Notes: a model not told the origin generated them from the letters alone. A DNA stretch of 62,756 bases, filler included, from Hyphochytrium catenoides (GCA_900088475.1; 8 parts of 8 records of this genome joined end to end with filler, not necessarily neighbours in it), one strand, 5' to 3'. Numbered from the whole stretch's first letter, positions 1 to 12,121 are shown. Numbers and translations are program-made.

Positions 1-998
1 TTTATGGCTTATGGTCAGTACCCCGGAATACCTTCAAGACTGACCTTTCTAGACAGGGATCTCTCTATGAATGAATATCTTAGGGTTCATTAGGAATAGT
101 TGGCATAGTTAGAATAGCTCTAGGAGGCCGTCCGCCTAAGTTTCAACGAAATTATCAAAGTTTCGTCCGATTGTCCCACTTTTGGGGATGGGACATTCAA
201 CCCTGTGATGGGGTTTCCAACGCACTGGTAGAAGAACCAGAACGGAGTGAAAGGTCTTCAGTTGCCAGCTTTCTTGCCTCATTTTATAAAGCCTGAGAAA
301 AGCGAGAATGATGAAGAGAAGACAGAAGAAGCAACGAATTAGAGTACGATGGGAAAAAATAGCGATGCGTCAGGAAGATTACTCCTCTAACTTCCTTCCT
401 CAGTTCGCCTCGCCTCTTCTATTCTATTCTTCTTAGGAAACCGGCATGACGACAGATCGCCACCTATATAAGCTTCCTCTTCTCTCATCTCCTCCTGCTC
501 TGCTCCCACATCTCCTTTCCTGCTGCTGTTCCCAATTCTCCTGCTGCTGCTCCCACGTCGCTTCTCTTACGGTCATCATCTCTTACGGTCATCATCATCA
601 TTCCAGTTGCAGCTGCTGCAGCATTGATTGAGCACTAACAAACCTGGAAGACCAACCATGAAGATTAAGAAGGTCGATGATGATCATCTTGCTAAGAGGG
701 AGTATAATACATAGAGCTCTTCTACTGCTAAGTGAAGCGGTACTACTCTTGTAGGAGAGGTTATCTGTACGAGACGAGACTGAACAAATACTATGAGGAG
801 GAGGAGATGATGGCAGGAGGACGAAAAGGGCTGCTTGTGCTTTAGCATAGATTAGCATAATAGGAACTTAGAAATCAGGATAGACTATACGTTGGCTGTC
901 CTCCGACAATCCACCATCATTAGGAGATTGCTGTCCACCGGCATCCTCTTCACCAAACGCATTCGTCCTCTTCTGTTATTCCATGGAAGCCATCTTCT

Positions 999-3900
999 CT
1001 AAGCTCTCTTCCGTCTGCTGCTTCCGCTGCTTTGTTCGTCATGCCCTCCACTGAACTCACCGTCCCCACCTTGTTGGCCACTCCTACTTATCTTCTTCGC
1101 TTTCCTGGTCTTCGCCAAGTAACTAAACTTGGCCTTTATTTGGATGACAGTTAGAAGAAGCTTTCTTGAATACAGCCCTTGGCTCTGGTTGAAGCGTGCT
1201 TTCATTCTCTTCTGCGCCTCTTCTGGTGAGATAACGTTCTGCTTCGGGTCAGTAAGATGGAGGTTGAACATCTTCTCCAGAAAGTTCAGCTGCTGTGTCG
1301 TGAACCTGGAAAACTTGCGCTCCCGTTTCACGTATCTGCCCATTCCGTCCAATTCATTCTTCCTGCTCTCTTCGTTTTCTTCTTGTTTCCTGATCAGGGG
1401 ATGAAGGAGGCATTGGCATTAGTGGAGGGAGAAAAAGAGGCGCATAGAGATGATATCTCCTCAAGCGGCTATACCTTTGCACATTGGAGTAGAGGGGTCT
1501 TGCCTTATCCCGTTCTTCGGCCCTATGATGTCTCGTATCGGTCTTCTTCTGCTGCTTGAACTTCTTCTCATGGGCAAGTGACAAACCTTCCTCCTGGTCC
1601 TCCGTTTCCTTCAAATTATTCGAAGGTCCTTCTCGAACATCAAACCGCGCCGTTGTTGCTTCGTCCTTCCTCCTCCTCTTTCGTGACGAAGAGAGGGGGG
1701 GAGAATCTTCTAACGACGATGGTCGTTGTCCGAAGAAGGACTCCTCAATAGATGGCTGCTGTTTCGTCCTCTCTGCAGAGTGTAAAGGAATGAAAGCAGG
1801 GTAGTTAGTGTTCAAGGTCAGAATGACAGCAAACCCAGGCGTTATAGATGGAGCGAGAACGAGCATAGGCAGATTTTACCTCCGCTTGCTGTAGACCTAC
1901 TTCTGCCGGTCGACTTGCTACTCTTGTTCTTGGCAGTGGCTGTCTTTGTGCTCTCAGCTCTTTCCTTCTTGTCCTTTCTCTGCTGCTGGCATGGCAAGCA
2001 AGAGCCAATAGGAGGCTCATCTCGGCCGACGTCGTTGATATGGGTAATGCTGATCGTTGAGTCATAGTGGTCGTTCCCTCTCAAAAGGACAATAACCTTT
2101 GGCCAAACCGAACCGATAGCTGTTCTAATCCTCGTATCAGTAGATGGCTGGCACCCATAGGAAGCTAGCGGTGTGCTTCCAATATCGATCACAGAAGGAG
2201 ATGATTGTCCTGCTATGCGATTGTAGATCTTGAGCCCCACACCGTAAGTAGCAGCAAGGATGGTAGGCATAAGGTCGCCGATAGGAGTGGAATAGAATGT
2301 CTCTATCTTGTCAAAGATGGTAAACATACGGGTCAAGAACGTATCCTGTTCTTCCATTCCAAGCTTTGCAAGACCACCTTCAGTTATTTTGTCATTACAG
2401 AACCTCCACAGTGCTTCTTGGTTGGTACCCGTATATGCTTTGAGGTCAAGAAGAAGATCCGCATAGGGTAAGGACTCTGAAGAAGGATGAAGATCATCCG
2501 CCCACTGTAATCCATTAAGAAAAGCAACAAAAAGACAACGACCATCCGGTGGACAGAGATATCGAAGTCGTTTAGAGTCCCCAAAAAGTAACTCTTGAGG
2601 AACGTGCTGAAAGCACACCTTGTTTCTGTCGACCCTCGCAGGAAGCGATATTGAAGGGCCACCTTCAGAAGATGGACGGTCTGGTGTCATCATGTGCTCC
2701 TCAGGAATGAGAACGTCGTAATGGTTGCGCTCCCTCCAAAGGAGGACAATGCTGGCGGTAGGAACTTGCCGAAGAAACCCCAGCTTGTCCGCACTGGCGC
2801 CATGTAATGGACGCGCTACGGCTCTCATCGCTGGCTTCAAGTGATTTTGGCCTCCTCTATTAGCATTGGAGGAAATATTCTTCGTTGTAGGCTCTCTACG
2901 GTAGACCGTGATAGCGTTGATTACCTGATCGTCAGAGTTATCCATCTGCAGAACTATAACAGGTCTATGGGGGAAAAGGATGCTGAAGACTCTGATTGTG
3001 TCATCCGTTCCCCATCCTTCCTGGCCAACAGTGGTTGTAGAAGTTTGACAGTAGCGCCTTGCGTACGTTGTATATACCCTTCGGGCCTCGGGAGTATCTG
3101 GCGCCACAGGGCGAGCCCCCCTGACAGATTCTATGTACTTCGGCCCGCAAGTCTCGCGGAACCAGGACATATTCCGTAATAGGAACTCGCTAGTAATGCA
3201 TCGCAACGCCACCCAGGATAAATGCTCGGTTTTTGCAGATGAGAGACCTACTGCAAGGGCTCTAGCTTGGCAGTACCCATCCCCTGGGATTAAGGTCACC
3301 TTTCGTGCCAATGCCTTCTCAATTGAGGAGAGAGTGAGGGGTAGTAGTCTGCGCTCTTCTTCCTGAGGGGAGACATCTCCATAAAAGTTCCTCAGCTTGA
3401 TTGGCAGCCCAGAGCCTGAGCCTGCCGTTGGTTCCGCCGCCGGCTGCTCACCACTGGAGGTGCCAAATGTAGCATTGTCTGCCTCCTTCCAATAAGTCTC
3501 CTCCTTATCAAAGGCAGAGGACGAAGACCTCTGCTTCTCGTCAGTCACTTCCTGGTTGCTGCCAGCGACAGGGAGATCTCCTTGCGGGGTGGGCCCACCG
3601 GCAGGGGACTGTGAAAAATACTGCCGCTTATACTCCGCCGGTTCCACAGGGCTAGATCGAAGGGACTCTAAACAAGCAATCAAACTGATTAGGTTATTTC
3701 TACGAGAAGGAGATCTAACTGAAAAATATAGTGTGCATTCTGCCACATACCTGAGAAGACTTGGGGGTCTATCTTCATGGGCACACCTCTGAACTCACTT
3801 CCCCAGTACCGCTCCAGCTCGTCCCATGGTTTGAAAAGGCCCTCACCGATGTCGCGACTACGAAAGAACCGTATCCCTTTGCATGTCCTCCCCTCCCCAT

Positions 3901-6900
3901 TGCTATCATACTCATAGCGACGGCAGTGATACATCGACAGATGTGTCATAGGGGAGTATGTCCGCTTTTCCTCCCTGTCAACCTTCAGCTGGTAGTTGAT
4001 AGAGTTCTCCTTGGCGGACTCATCCAAGACAGCTATTACGTCCTTCGGATGGACAACATCCTTCCCACCGGAGTTAACAGCTCTCTTGATCTGCTGAGAA
4101 ATGGTCCCAAAGTCACTGTCGGCACAACAGTCTGCATCAGAAAATAAGCCTTCAACAAGTGAGGTAATAATAAGCCTTTAACAAGTGAGGTACGACTGAT
4201 GGTCACTGAGAAAAAAAAGAAGCTATCTGAAGGACGACTCACCCATCGCACTTGTTTTTTCCTCCTCCAGCTTCCGAGATATTATGCTCAAGGACGGTAA
4301 CACCAACATCTAAGGCAGCATAAGGAAGTCCTAGCATGAAAGCCGTGCAGCTAAAGTTGGATACCCCGTCCGACTGAAGAATGACCTCAGTCAGCTTATC
4401 ACCCAGCTCCATCTTGATCTGCTCTAGCACTGAGATGATGCAATACAATGATTGTACCCAGTCCTGCTTTGTTGAGTCCGGTACCGCTCTGCAGTAGAAA
4501 ACCTTGCAGACATCGTCGTCTTTGTTCATATTCAACGCGCATTGCCAAAGCGCAGGGAAAATGCAAGATGACAGCACGTGCGAGAGCCAGAACGGTTAGT
4601 AAAAGCATCGACGACGTAAAGATAGAAGAAGAAGACGTGTAAGAGGCAAACCAGTAACAGCCCCTTCTAATTCTTCTTACCCTCGACGAAGAGGACGTAA
4701 GCTCCGAATAGGCTGAGTCCCTTCTTGCCATAGTGTTCTGATTGTGTTTCCCTATGCTAGAAGATGGAAAGTTCAGCGGCAGTGCCAAGCAGCAGTCTGT
4801 TATCTACTGCACTGTGGTACATCCCTATCACCACTTTCCAACTCACCTTAGTCATCAAAATCTTCATCTTATGATCGAATATGATAAAGGCTTGGCCTTT
4901 CTTGAGCTTCTCTACGATGGAGCGTTGTGCGAGAAGCGAAAATGCCTTCCTCGCTAGATGAGCAATGTATTTGTCAATGGTCTCTATACAAAGCGAGAAC
5001 TCTTCCCTAAGGCTCTCTAGCTCATCCAGCTCCTCCCCTTTGCAGTTGACATCACCCCTGTTGCTACCGGCAACAGCGCTAAAGAAGGCAAGAACTTCCT
5101 TCTCAAAGGTAAAGCGGCGCTGACAGCTATTGGCCACCAGGGTGTCATAGAAAAGATGGCTTTAGTAACCAGTGGTCAGATGGCAAAGCCACAAGGGCAA
5201 TACAGGTGAGATTGAAAGAGTGAGTATGGAGGTGAGCAAATAGAATATTGGATACTCAAATTCGAAAGTGGGAGTAAGAGCGACTGAGACAAGAAGAGGA
5301 TGGAGAATCAGTGGAGGACGGAGAAGCGAACGGATCCTACCCCTAAGCAGAAGTCAGATAAAAGAGACCGACCAGGAGAGATTATTGTAGGGGAAGATAG
5401 AGAGGGAGGGTATTCAACTCACTCTACGTCGTCGAGAGGGTGCTCGTGATCGCATTTTTTTCTTAGTAGCGCGTCTTTCGGCATAGAGAGACAATACTGA
5501 AGACAGAGGAGCTTGCTTGGGTCCGTTTGTTTGAGCCTTTGACGAAAGTCAAACTTGTAGTGTCTTGACATTTTTATCAGGTCATGTTTAAAGGTTGCTA
5601 CCTTAGCAGGATTGTATTGCATCAACTTGTCCAGGATTCCTTCAATGACCTTAATGCTCGCTATTCCCTGTACAGGTAAAGGAAGCGCAGCGCTTAGTAA
5701 TGAAGAGCCGCTGACAGCTGTGGTCAGAACTCTTACATCGTCACAGTTACTGCATAAGGAGTCCATCCTCTTCTTGTCCTTCCACTGTGGATGCTGCTTT
5801 ACGTATTCGTAGAACTTTGTCCTACCAACGGCGCTTTCGTCGATGTCCTGGCCAGTTTCCTTCAGCTTTTCCATGAAGGCGCGATATAAACTAGCAGTGT
5901 GAGACGCCTTATAAAGTACATCGGTGGTAGGAGACGGCGTCAAAATTCCTTCGGTCGCAAAGAAAGTTTCCAATGCCTGCCTCTTTGTAGCGCTTAGCCT
6001 GACGCGCGTGAACTTCTTACGTTCGACTTTGCTTCCCGGTCCCTTCTCTCTCGTATGGAGGCGAGCCAGGTATATTTGATATGTAGTGACTTTGAAAAGC
6101 TCACGCGTGTCCTCATAGCGGAAAGCTGGTGCGAAGATGGATAGGAGCTGCCGTTTCTCCCATTTGTCCGTAGTCCTTTCGTAAGCTCCCACAAACAGGC
6201 GTAAGAATTCCCTGTATCGCTTCGCAATATCTGGATTATTCGGGCTGACACTGAACTTTACTAGAAGCTCTCGAATATCATCCGCATGCAGAAGCTTCCC
6301 GGCATGTGCTGGATGGGAGAGAATCTCCCGCATCAGGCCGGCTGAATCTTTAGGGCATATTTTGTCGAGAATGGCTCTAAGAAAGTTAGCCGCCGCCGCG
6401 GACAGGTCGTACCTCCTGCTGCGACTTAGCGATTGGAGATTGTTGGTCAATGATCTGACTAGTGGTGATGCTAGGTGCAGGTCTTCTTCATCATGCCGAA
6501 GAAGCCTTGCGACCTCCTCATGGCCAAAGCCGCACAATCTCCTTCCTTGTCTCAGCAGTGAGAATGCACCCGGGTCTACATCAAACGCCTTAGCCACGGA
6601 GAGCCAGAGTTTCATGGCCGTGGAATGGCCTTCCCGCCCTATTTCTACTTCAATTATGCGCCGGTAGGCCTTTGGATGGACAACCCTCGCACGAAATAAT
6701 GGCCCGCCAGCGAAGGCACTTCTTTCGTCGAGGAGCATCGTCACGGACCATTCAATGGTCACGAACGCGGATTTTACGAGGACCCCAGGAGGAAGAGTTG
6801 TAAGAGCTGTCAGTCCATCCCGAAGATGGATCTCAGGTAGACCTCTTGCTGCCTTTATAATCCAGTCTGGATGATCAACCATAACACCAAGGTTTGTGAA

Positions 6901-7479
6901 GCTGATTCTTGCACCTTTGTATGTATGCTCTCTATTCATGGCAGCAACTAGAGGCCTAAGTATCATAGTCTAAGAGGCAAAAAATACAAAGAATAAAGAA
7001 GCATTAATAAGGATTCAGGGGGAAAAGGAGATAGTCGATTGGCATTACCTGCCTCAAGGGATGGGCCTTGCTATCGTTGTTACCTCTGTCCGCTGTGCTA
7101 CGAAGAAGAAAATGTGCAGCGGTACTCCTACGGAGCGCTGTAACGGCGTTCTCTACTTTGCTGATAAAGGAGTCCATCCTAGACCTCCTGTCTCGTGAGA
7201 AAGAGCCTTGCATGTACCTGGCGATGGTGGTCTTATGGAGCCTGACGCCTGTTATCTGATGGAGTGTATTCAGGAAGGTCCGGACACCGCTCTGCCTTTC
7301 ACCGGTAATCCTCGCCTCCAGGAACTTAAGTACGCGCTGATCCCTAGGATCTGATATTACTCCACTAGTAGCAGGTGGCGATACCGGGGACGAGGGAGAA
7401 ATAGGAGGTGTTGAGATGGGATGCTGCTCTGTTGTGCTAGCATCTGAGAGTGAAGACTCGCTTTCTTGCTCAGTAGGCT
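999..7479 (-). CDS. Sola3-like DDD transposase with two in-frame OTU cysteine-protease domains (about 1,790 aa or more, 10 or more exons)
   Basis: Hand-built GT-AG exon chain: 7479-7049, 6969-5737, 5667-5423, 5126-4847, 4756-4681, 4519-4243, 4115-3751, 3667-1880, 1772-1475, 1389-999. All splice phases are compatible and the chain ends on TAG at 999-1001. Motifs in order: KRQLLSIFA..ARLH..GPG, CSNC, CDHEH, FDHKMK|HRETQSEHYGKKGLS, KQDW, LQSDG, ISEAGGGKNKCDG|DFGT..NSGGKDV, IRFFRSRDIGEG, [OTU x2], RFTTQQLNFLEKMF..LTVIQIKAKFS. These match the Sola3 pattern as I recall it (DWAMK..RESQ..FGKRG, SDNA, SE.Q.GK..CDR, RF...Q..L..F..QI..FSR). A likely extra exon lies at 7554 and above; the true start is unresolved. 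Confidence 0.8.
2055..2570 (-). other. OTU domain 2 within the transposase
   Basis: Cys loop CPPDGRCLFVAF (Cys codon 2535-2537), IGDLMPTILA..YGVGLKIY, His loop GNDHYDS (His codon 2067-2069). Confidence 0.85.
2710..3300 (-). other. OTU domain 1 within the transposase
   Basis: Cys loop IPGDGYCQARAL (Cys codon 3270-3272), WGTDDTI variable loop, His loop RNHYDVL (His codon 2721-2723). Confidence 0.85.
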
Positions 7480-7952
7480 CTGTATTGTCGTCATAGGTAG
7501 GAGAAGACCCATTCAGTCGTTGTGCCACCACTCTATGTATTCAAAACCCTTACCTATTATAAGCTGTCTTTTACCCGCAGAAGGACAGCCAACTGGCACA
7601 GAAGGGCCGAAGAAAGAACTCAAGAGTGGTTGTGTCTTCCTTTTTCCTGGTCCATCATTCGCCTTTAGCAATGAAGGGACACTCTCTGCGCTAAAAACAG
7701 TTCGAGGTTCCTCAGGAGCCACCGAAGATCATATGTCTTCAGAGGTAGTAGCAGCTCCTTCTGTCCCTTCTTCATGTATAACCACGCGCTGACGGCTGGG
7801 GTGAACGTTGTTAGGAGTAGTAGTAGTATCACCTTCCTTGTTACTTGGGTCAGGACACAGGGGTGCTCTTTCATCACCATCTCCTTCTTCCCTTTCTCGA
7901 AACGACGANNNNNNNNNNNNNNNNNNNNNNNNNNNNNNNNNNNNNNNNNNNN

Positions 7953-7964
7953 TTAATTAATTAA
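7953..7964. other. Artificial six-frame-stop contig linker TTAATTAATTAA (also 9141, 19414, 23002, 37635, 38849, 42224)
   Basis: Identical 12-mer centred in N blocks of about 100 nt total length, seven times. Confidence 0.95.
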
Positions 7965-8008
7965 NNNNNNNNNNNNNNNNNNNNNNNNNNNNNNNNNNNN
8001 NNNNNNNN

Positions 8009-9096
8009 AGAGCGTACCAGCCTTCCCAGGAGCGTTGGATGGCTCCGGAGGAGTAGTAAGAGGTTCGTACACATCGAGAGAGTGAAGAAGAGGAAGCAGA
8101 AAGCTGGTGGGAAACTTAGCGCTGCCATAAGCACCTGTAGAGCGATGCCTAACAGAGAGAGAGAGGACAGCCATGACTCTCTTCCTCGAAGTCTTTGCCA
8201 TAAGGGGTGAAGGGCAATTTCCTGGTCTTCGTACGTGTCCAACGGAACTGTGGAGAAAAACCTTGGCCCGCTGCTTGTTGTCGGTTGTCTCCTCCTAGAG
8301 CGTGGACGGCTGACGACGTGTCGGCGATAGAGTTTCAATAGGACAAGGAAGACGTCGTAGTAGCTGTCAACCTCTAGGGGGCCACCCATGGGGAAGATGC
8401 GATAGTACCGGCGTTGCTGTATGTTTCTATAGAGGAGTGGGAGGAGAGACGTTAGCAAGCGAAGCTAAGGTTGACTGGGTAGACAGAGCAGCAACTGAGG
8501 GATTCAGGCGTTGCGATGAGGGTTAGCAGAACATGACAACGCAGCCGAAGTACCCTGAAGAGGAAAGAGGAAGGGCACCAGGGAAAGGGGGAGAGAGCGA
8601 CAGCGAAAGGACGGCAGCATAGAGCATATAGATTGAGGTATCGAAGTATGAGGAAGAACATTCTTTATGCCGTTCCAACCGGCAGGACTATTTGGAGGTA
8701 ATCTACCTGTTGTCGGTGGTCTCAGGACCAGTCTCTCTTCTGGTGGTTGACCCTGTATCTCTCCGGCTGCTCCGGTCCTCAGCTTTCACTTCGCTGCCTC
8801 TCTCTTTAGCAGAAGAATACGTTCTAGACAGTGTGCTTTCGGAGTGCGGAGTGCGCGTCATATGCTCACTGTGAGAGGTCCTAGAGTGTTGCTCAGCGTG
8901 GAGGGTGATCCTGGGGCCACTGAAGGGCGCCGCCTTCACCTTCTGTGTCCTAAACTTCTTTCCGTCCATCCTCGTGCTGGGCTCCAGCACGAGCGGCCAC
9001 TTGATATTGATAAAGTAAGACGTCCCATCCACCATGCGCTGCCGCAGCCGGCGGATGTTCTTCACGAACTGTTGGAAGTGCAAAAAAGAGAGTACT
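8009..9096 (-). other. Largely microsatellite-free contig with spliced-looking ORF fragments; possible 5' part of the transposon or another TE
   Basis: Composition resembles 1-7908. Minus-strand ORFs 8703-9083 and 8009-8430 have a donor (AG|GTAGAT near 8706) and a branch point/acceptor (CTAAC...TATAG near 8428). No recognisable domain; flanked by linkers. Confidence 0.3.
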
Positions 9097-9196
9097 NNNN
9101 NNNNNNNNNNNNNNNNNNNNNNNNNNNNNNNNNNNNNNNNTTAATTAATTAANNNNNNNNNNNNNNNNNNNNNNNNNNNNNNNNNNNNNNNNNNNN

Positions 9197-9230
<34 letters not shown>

Positions 9231-9257
9231 GGTGTTGGGAAAGAGAAATGGGAAGAC

Positions 9258-10309
9258 TTAGCGTGCGAGAGTGAGAAAGGAGAGCTCATGAATTGTACTT
9301 ACACTAGCAGAAAGACGAGAGAGAGACACAGAGAGAGAGAACGAGAGAAAGAGAGAGGAGCAAAAAGGAAGAGAGCGATATAGAGAGAGGGATCCAAAAT
9401 AGGAAGAACGGCAAGGAAACCAAAATGGGAGGAAGAAGATTGTGCCAGGGAGTGCGAGAAAGAAAGAGATGTGAAGAGAGGGAGAAACAAGGTGCTAAAG
9501 AACCTGTAGGACAGGGACAGAGCGGCAAAGATGCTAGGGACTAGGGAGAACGAACAAAGACAGAAAGACAAAGAGAGAGCGAAGAGAGAAAGGTGCACAG
9601 AGAGAGAGAGAGAGTCGTTACCGTTTCAGCAGGGAGGCAATTAGATTTCTCTCTTTCTCCACATAGAACCAAATGGCGTGCACAATATTGTCAGGATCCT
9701 TCTCCTAAAGCAAAAGGCGAAAAATGAGAGAGAGAGAGAGAGAAAGATAAGAAAGGGGGAAAAAAGAAGATGCAGAAGAGAAGCACTTCAAACGTAGACT
9801 ATTCATGGTTGGAGAATAGGAGAAAACGAGAGAAAAGAGCGAGCGTGCAGCAAAGGAGAGAGAAAACAACCAGAGAGAGAACGTGGAAGAAAGAGAGAGA
9901 AGAGAGGGAGAGACAGAAAGAAGAGGGGAGAGGGCAAAAGAGAGAGAGAGAGAAAGAGAAGAGAGTGCATGGCTTCCATCCATGAGAAACAGAACAGTTG
10001 ACCCACACATGAGAATATGAAGGCATTCTGAAGCAGAAAGGGGGGGATGCGGAGAGGGAGAGACACAAAAAGAACGACCGGGCGGGAGAGAGAGAGACAC
10101 ACACGCAGGCAGGCAGACAGAGGAGCGAGCGAGCGAGCGCGCGAGAGAGAGAGACAATAGGGATGCACCTTGCTCTTATATCTGAAGATGAGATACTGTT
10201 CCATAATGTCGTTCTGGAAGTCTTCGGAGATGGGCTGAATGAGGTTCGTCGTGCTCAAGCGGTTCAGAACGACCATCTGGAACCGGGGAGTCGTGGTGCT
10301 ACGGAGAAG

Positions 10310-10389
<80 letters not shown>

Positions 10390-10767
10390 CAGAAGAGAGT
10401 GTGAGCAAGGAGAGAGAGTGTGGAGAGAGGGGGAAAGCGGGGAGGAGAAGGAGGTGGACGCAAAAGAAAGGGAGAGAGAAGATGCAAGGAGACACTGCTT
10501 TTGGAAGAGCTGGAGAAAGAGAGAGAAAGAGGAAGGAAGAAAGCAATCGAAGAACACGAGAGATAGATGTAAAGAGAAGAGTGGACCAGAGAAAAAGGAG
10601 AGAAGACAGGTATGGGAACCACAGCAAGAAAAAGGAGGAGAGGGAGGAAGTACAGTCATGACAGGGAGTTCTGCAACGGCTCTACCAGAAGCCATCGAGT
10701 GAGAGACGGGGAGAGAAAGACAGAGAGAGGGAGAGAAGGGAGAGAGAGACAGACAGAGAGAGAGAGA

Positions 10768-10800
<33 letters not shown>

Positions 10801-11326
10801 GCGAAGGGGAGAGGCAGAGAGAGGGAGAGAGGGAGATGGACGACGAGCCGCTATTATACCGCTTCACTACAAAAAGAGAGCCTTCAATCCCTTTCCTCGC
10901 CTTTAGAAGAGGAGACAAGCATCTTTGAGAGAGGAGTACGGGTCTTAACTATCTCTCTCTCTCTCTCTTTCTCTCTGTGTCTCGTTCTCTCTAGCTCTCC
11001 GCGTCTCCCTCTCTCTCCAGTTCGCTTAACCCTCCCCCTGGCCTCTCCAATTTTTCTCGCTCACGCCTCCCTTCTATTCATTAATCTCTCACCCATTCTC
11101 TCTCTCTCTCTCTTTCTCTTTCTTACCTCATCTTCTCTTGCTCATCTCTCTCTCTCTCCTGTTCCTTCTCTATCTCTCTTACCCACTCATTCCTGGTGCT
11201 ATCGAAGAGATAGACGACGACGTGTCCCGCTGTCCCTAAGATTTCCATAATATTCGCGTCCATCCGCTGCAGAACCATGAGATTCGAAGAGGGACTCTTC
11301 GAGCGGTCCAACTGTAAGGTAGCCAT
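9258..11326 (-). CDS. DCP1: mRNA-decapping enzyme subunit 1 (EVH1-like Dcp1 domain)
   Basis: Exons 11326-11183, 10900-10860, 10298-10169, 9704-9622 and a tentative last exon ending at 9258. They give NLMVLQRMDANIMEILGTAGHVVVYLFD..EW|ARKGIEGSLFVVKR|..PRFQMVVLNRLSTTNLIQPI..YLIFR..|..VHAIWFY, the canonical Dcp1 motifs. The 3' end is uncertain because it is next to a gap. Confidence 0.9.
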
Positions 11327-11338
11327 CTCTCTCTCTGT

Positions 11339-11384
<46 letters not shown>

Positions 11385-11571
11385 TCTCCCTCTCTTTCTC
11401 TTATCTATCAGTCTATTAGTAGCCCTCGCTCGAGCTTTGTCCTTAAAGCTTTCTCTTCTACTTCCTCCGTACTCTTCTGCCACTGCGCCAGGGGCCTGCC
11501 TCTCCCTGTGTGCTGCCTTGTCTCTCTACTCTGCCGTTCCTGCAATCGCTTCTTTGAGAGAAGGAGACGAG

Positions 11572-11606
<35 letters not shown>

Positions 11607-12085
11607 ACCACTTGACAGTCTCTCAAGCTTGGCTCGGCGCCTCATTCAAAAGAATGAGATGTGGCGTTGCCGGACGCCGTGTCGCTTTCCTCTCCTTGGG
11701 CGGCTCTCTCCCATCTCTCTCCCATCTCTCTCTCTCTCCCCCTCTCTCTCCATCTCTCTCTCTCTCCCCCCTCTCTCTCTCCCTCTCTCCCTCTCCGGGC
11801 GTAGCTTTTCAAATAGTTCCATTTTGTGAGATTCTGGTTTGTGCATAATAGGATATGTCTAGAATATCTTGCCATCATATGCCATAATCAGCGTATTTCT
11901 AAATAGCTTATTCCGGATCTCGAAGGTGTTGAGTGAGGAACGGACAAAAAGTTGATGGTCGGGTTATTGGGAGATGAAGAGAAACAGGAATGGAGAGAGA
12001 GAGAGAGAGANNNNNNNNNNNNNNNNNNNNNNNNNNNNNNNNNNNNNNNNNNNNNAGGGAGGGGGAGAGAGAGAGAGAAAGGCAG

Positions 12086-12121
<36 letters not shown>

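Larger units (their letters stand above)
1..7908 (-). mobile_element. Sola3-like DNA transposon (partial; termini not visible)
   Basis: Contig lacks the host (AG)n/(CT)n tracts and encodes one long spliced DDD-type transposase. No TIR pair or TSD can be seen, because one end is at the window edge and the other at an assembly linker. Confidence 0.75.

Noticed and set aside
1-20. TTTATGGCTTATGG similar to TTTACGGCTTATGG at about 25588 as shared TE termini
   Set aside because: Only 13 of 14 nt match, in the same orientation, and the match does not extend.
1842-3746. Stand-alone 634-aa double-OTU gene as called by the ORF track
   Set aside because: It starts at a GTG inside a predicted intron, and phase-compatible splice sites link it to transposase exons on both sides.
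7953-7964. TTAATTAATTAA as a TTAA target-site duplication or transposon end
   Set aside because: The same 12-mer sits in the middle of N blocks seven times; it is an assembly linker. Adjacency across these linkers is also not trustworthy.
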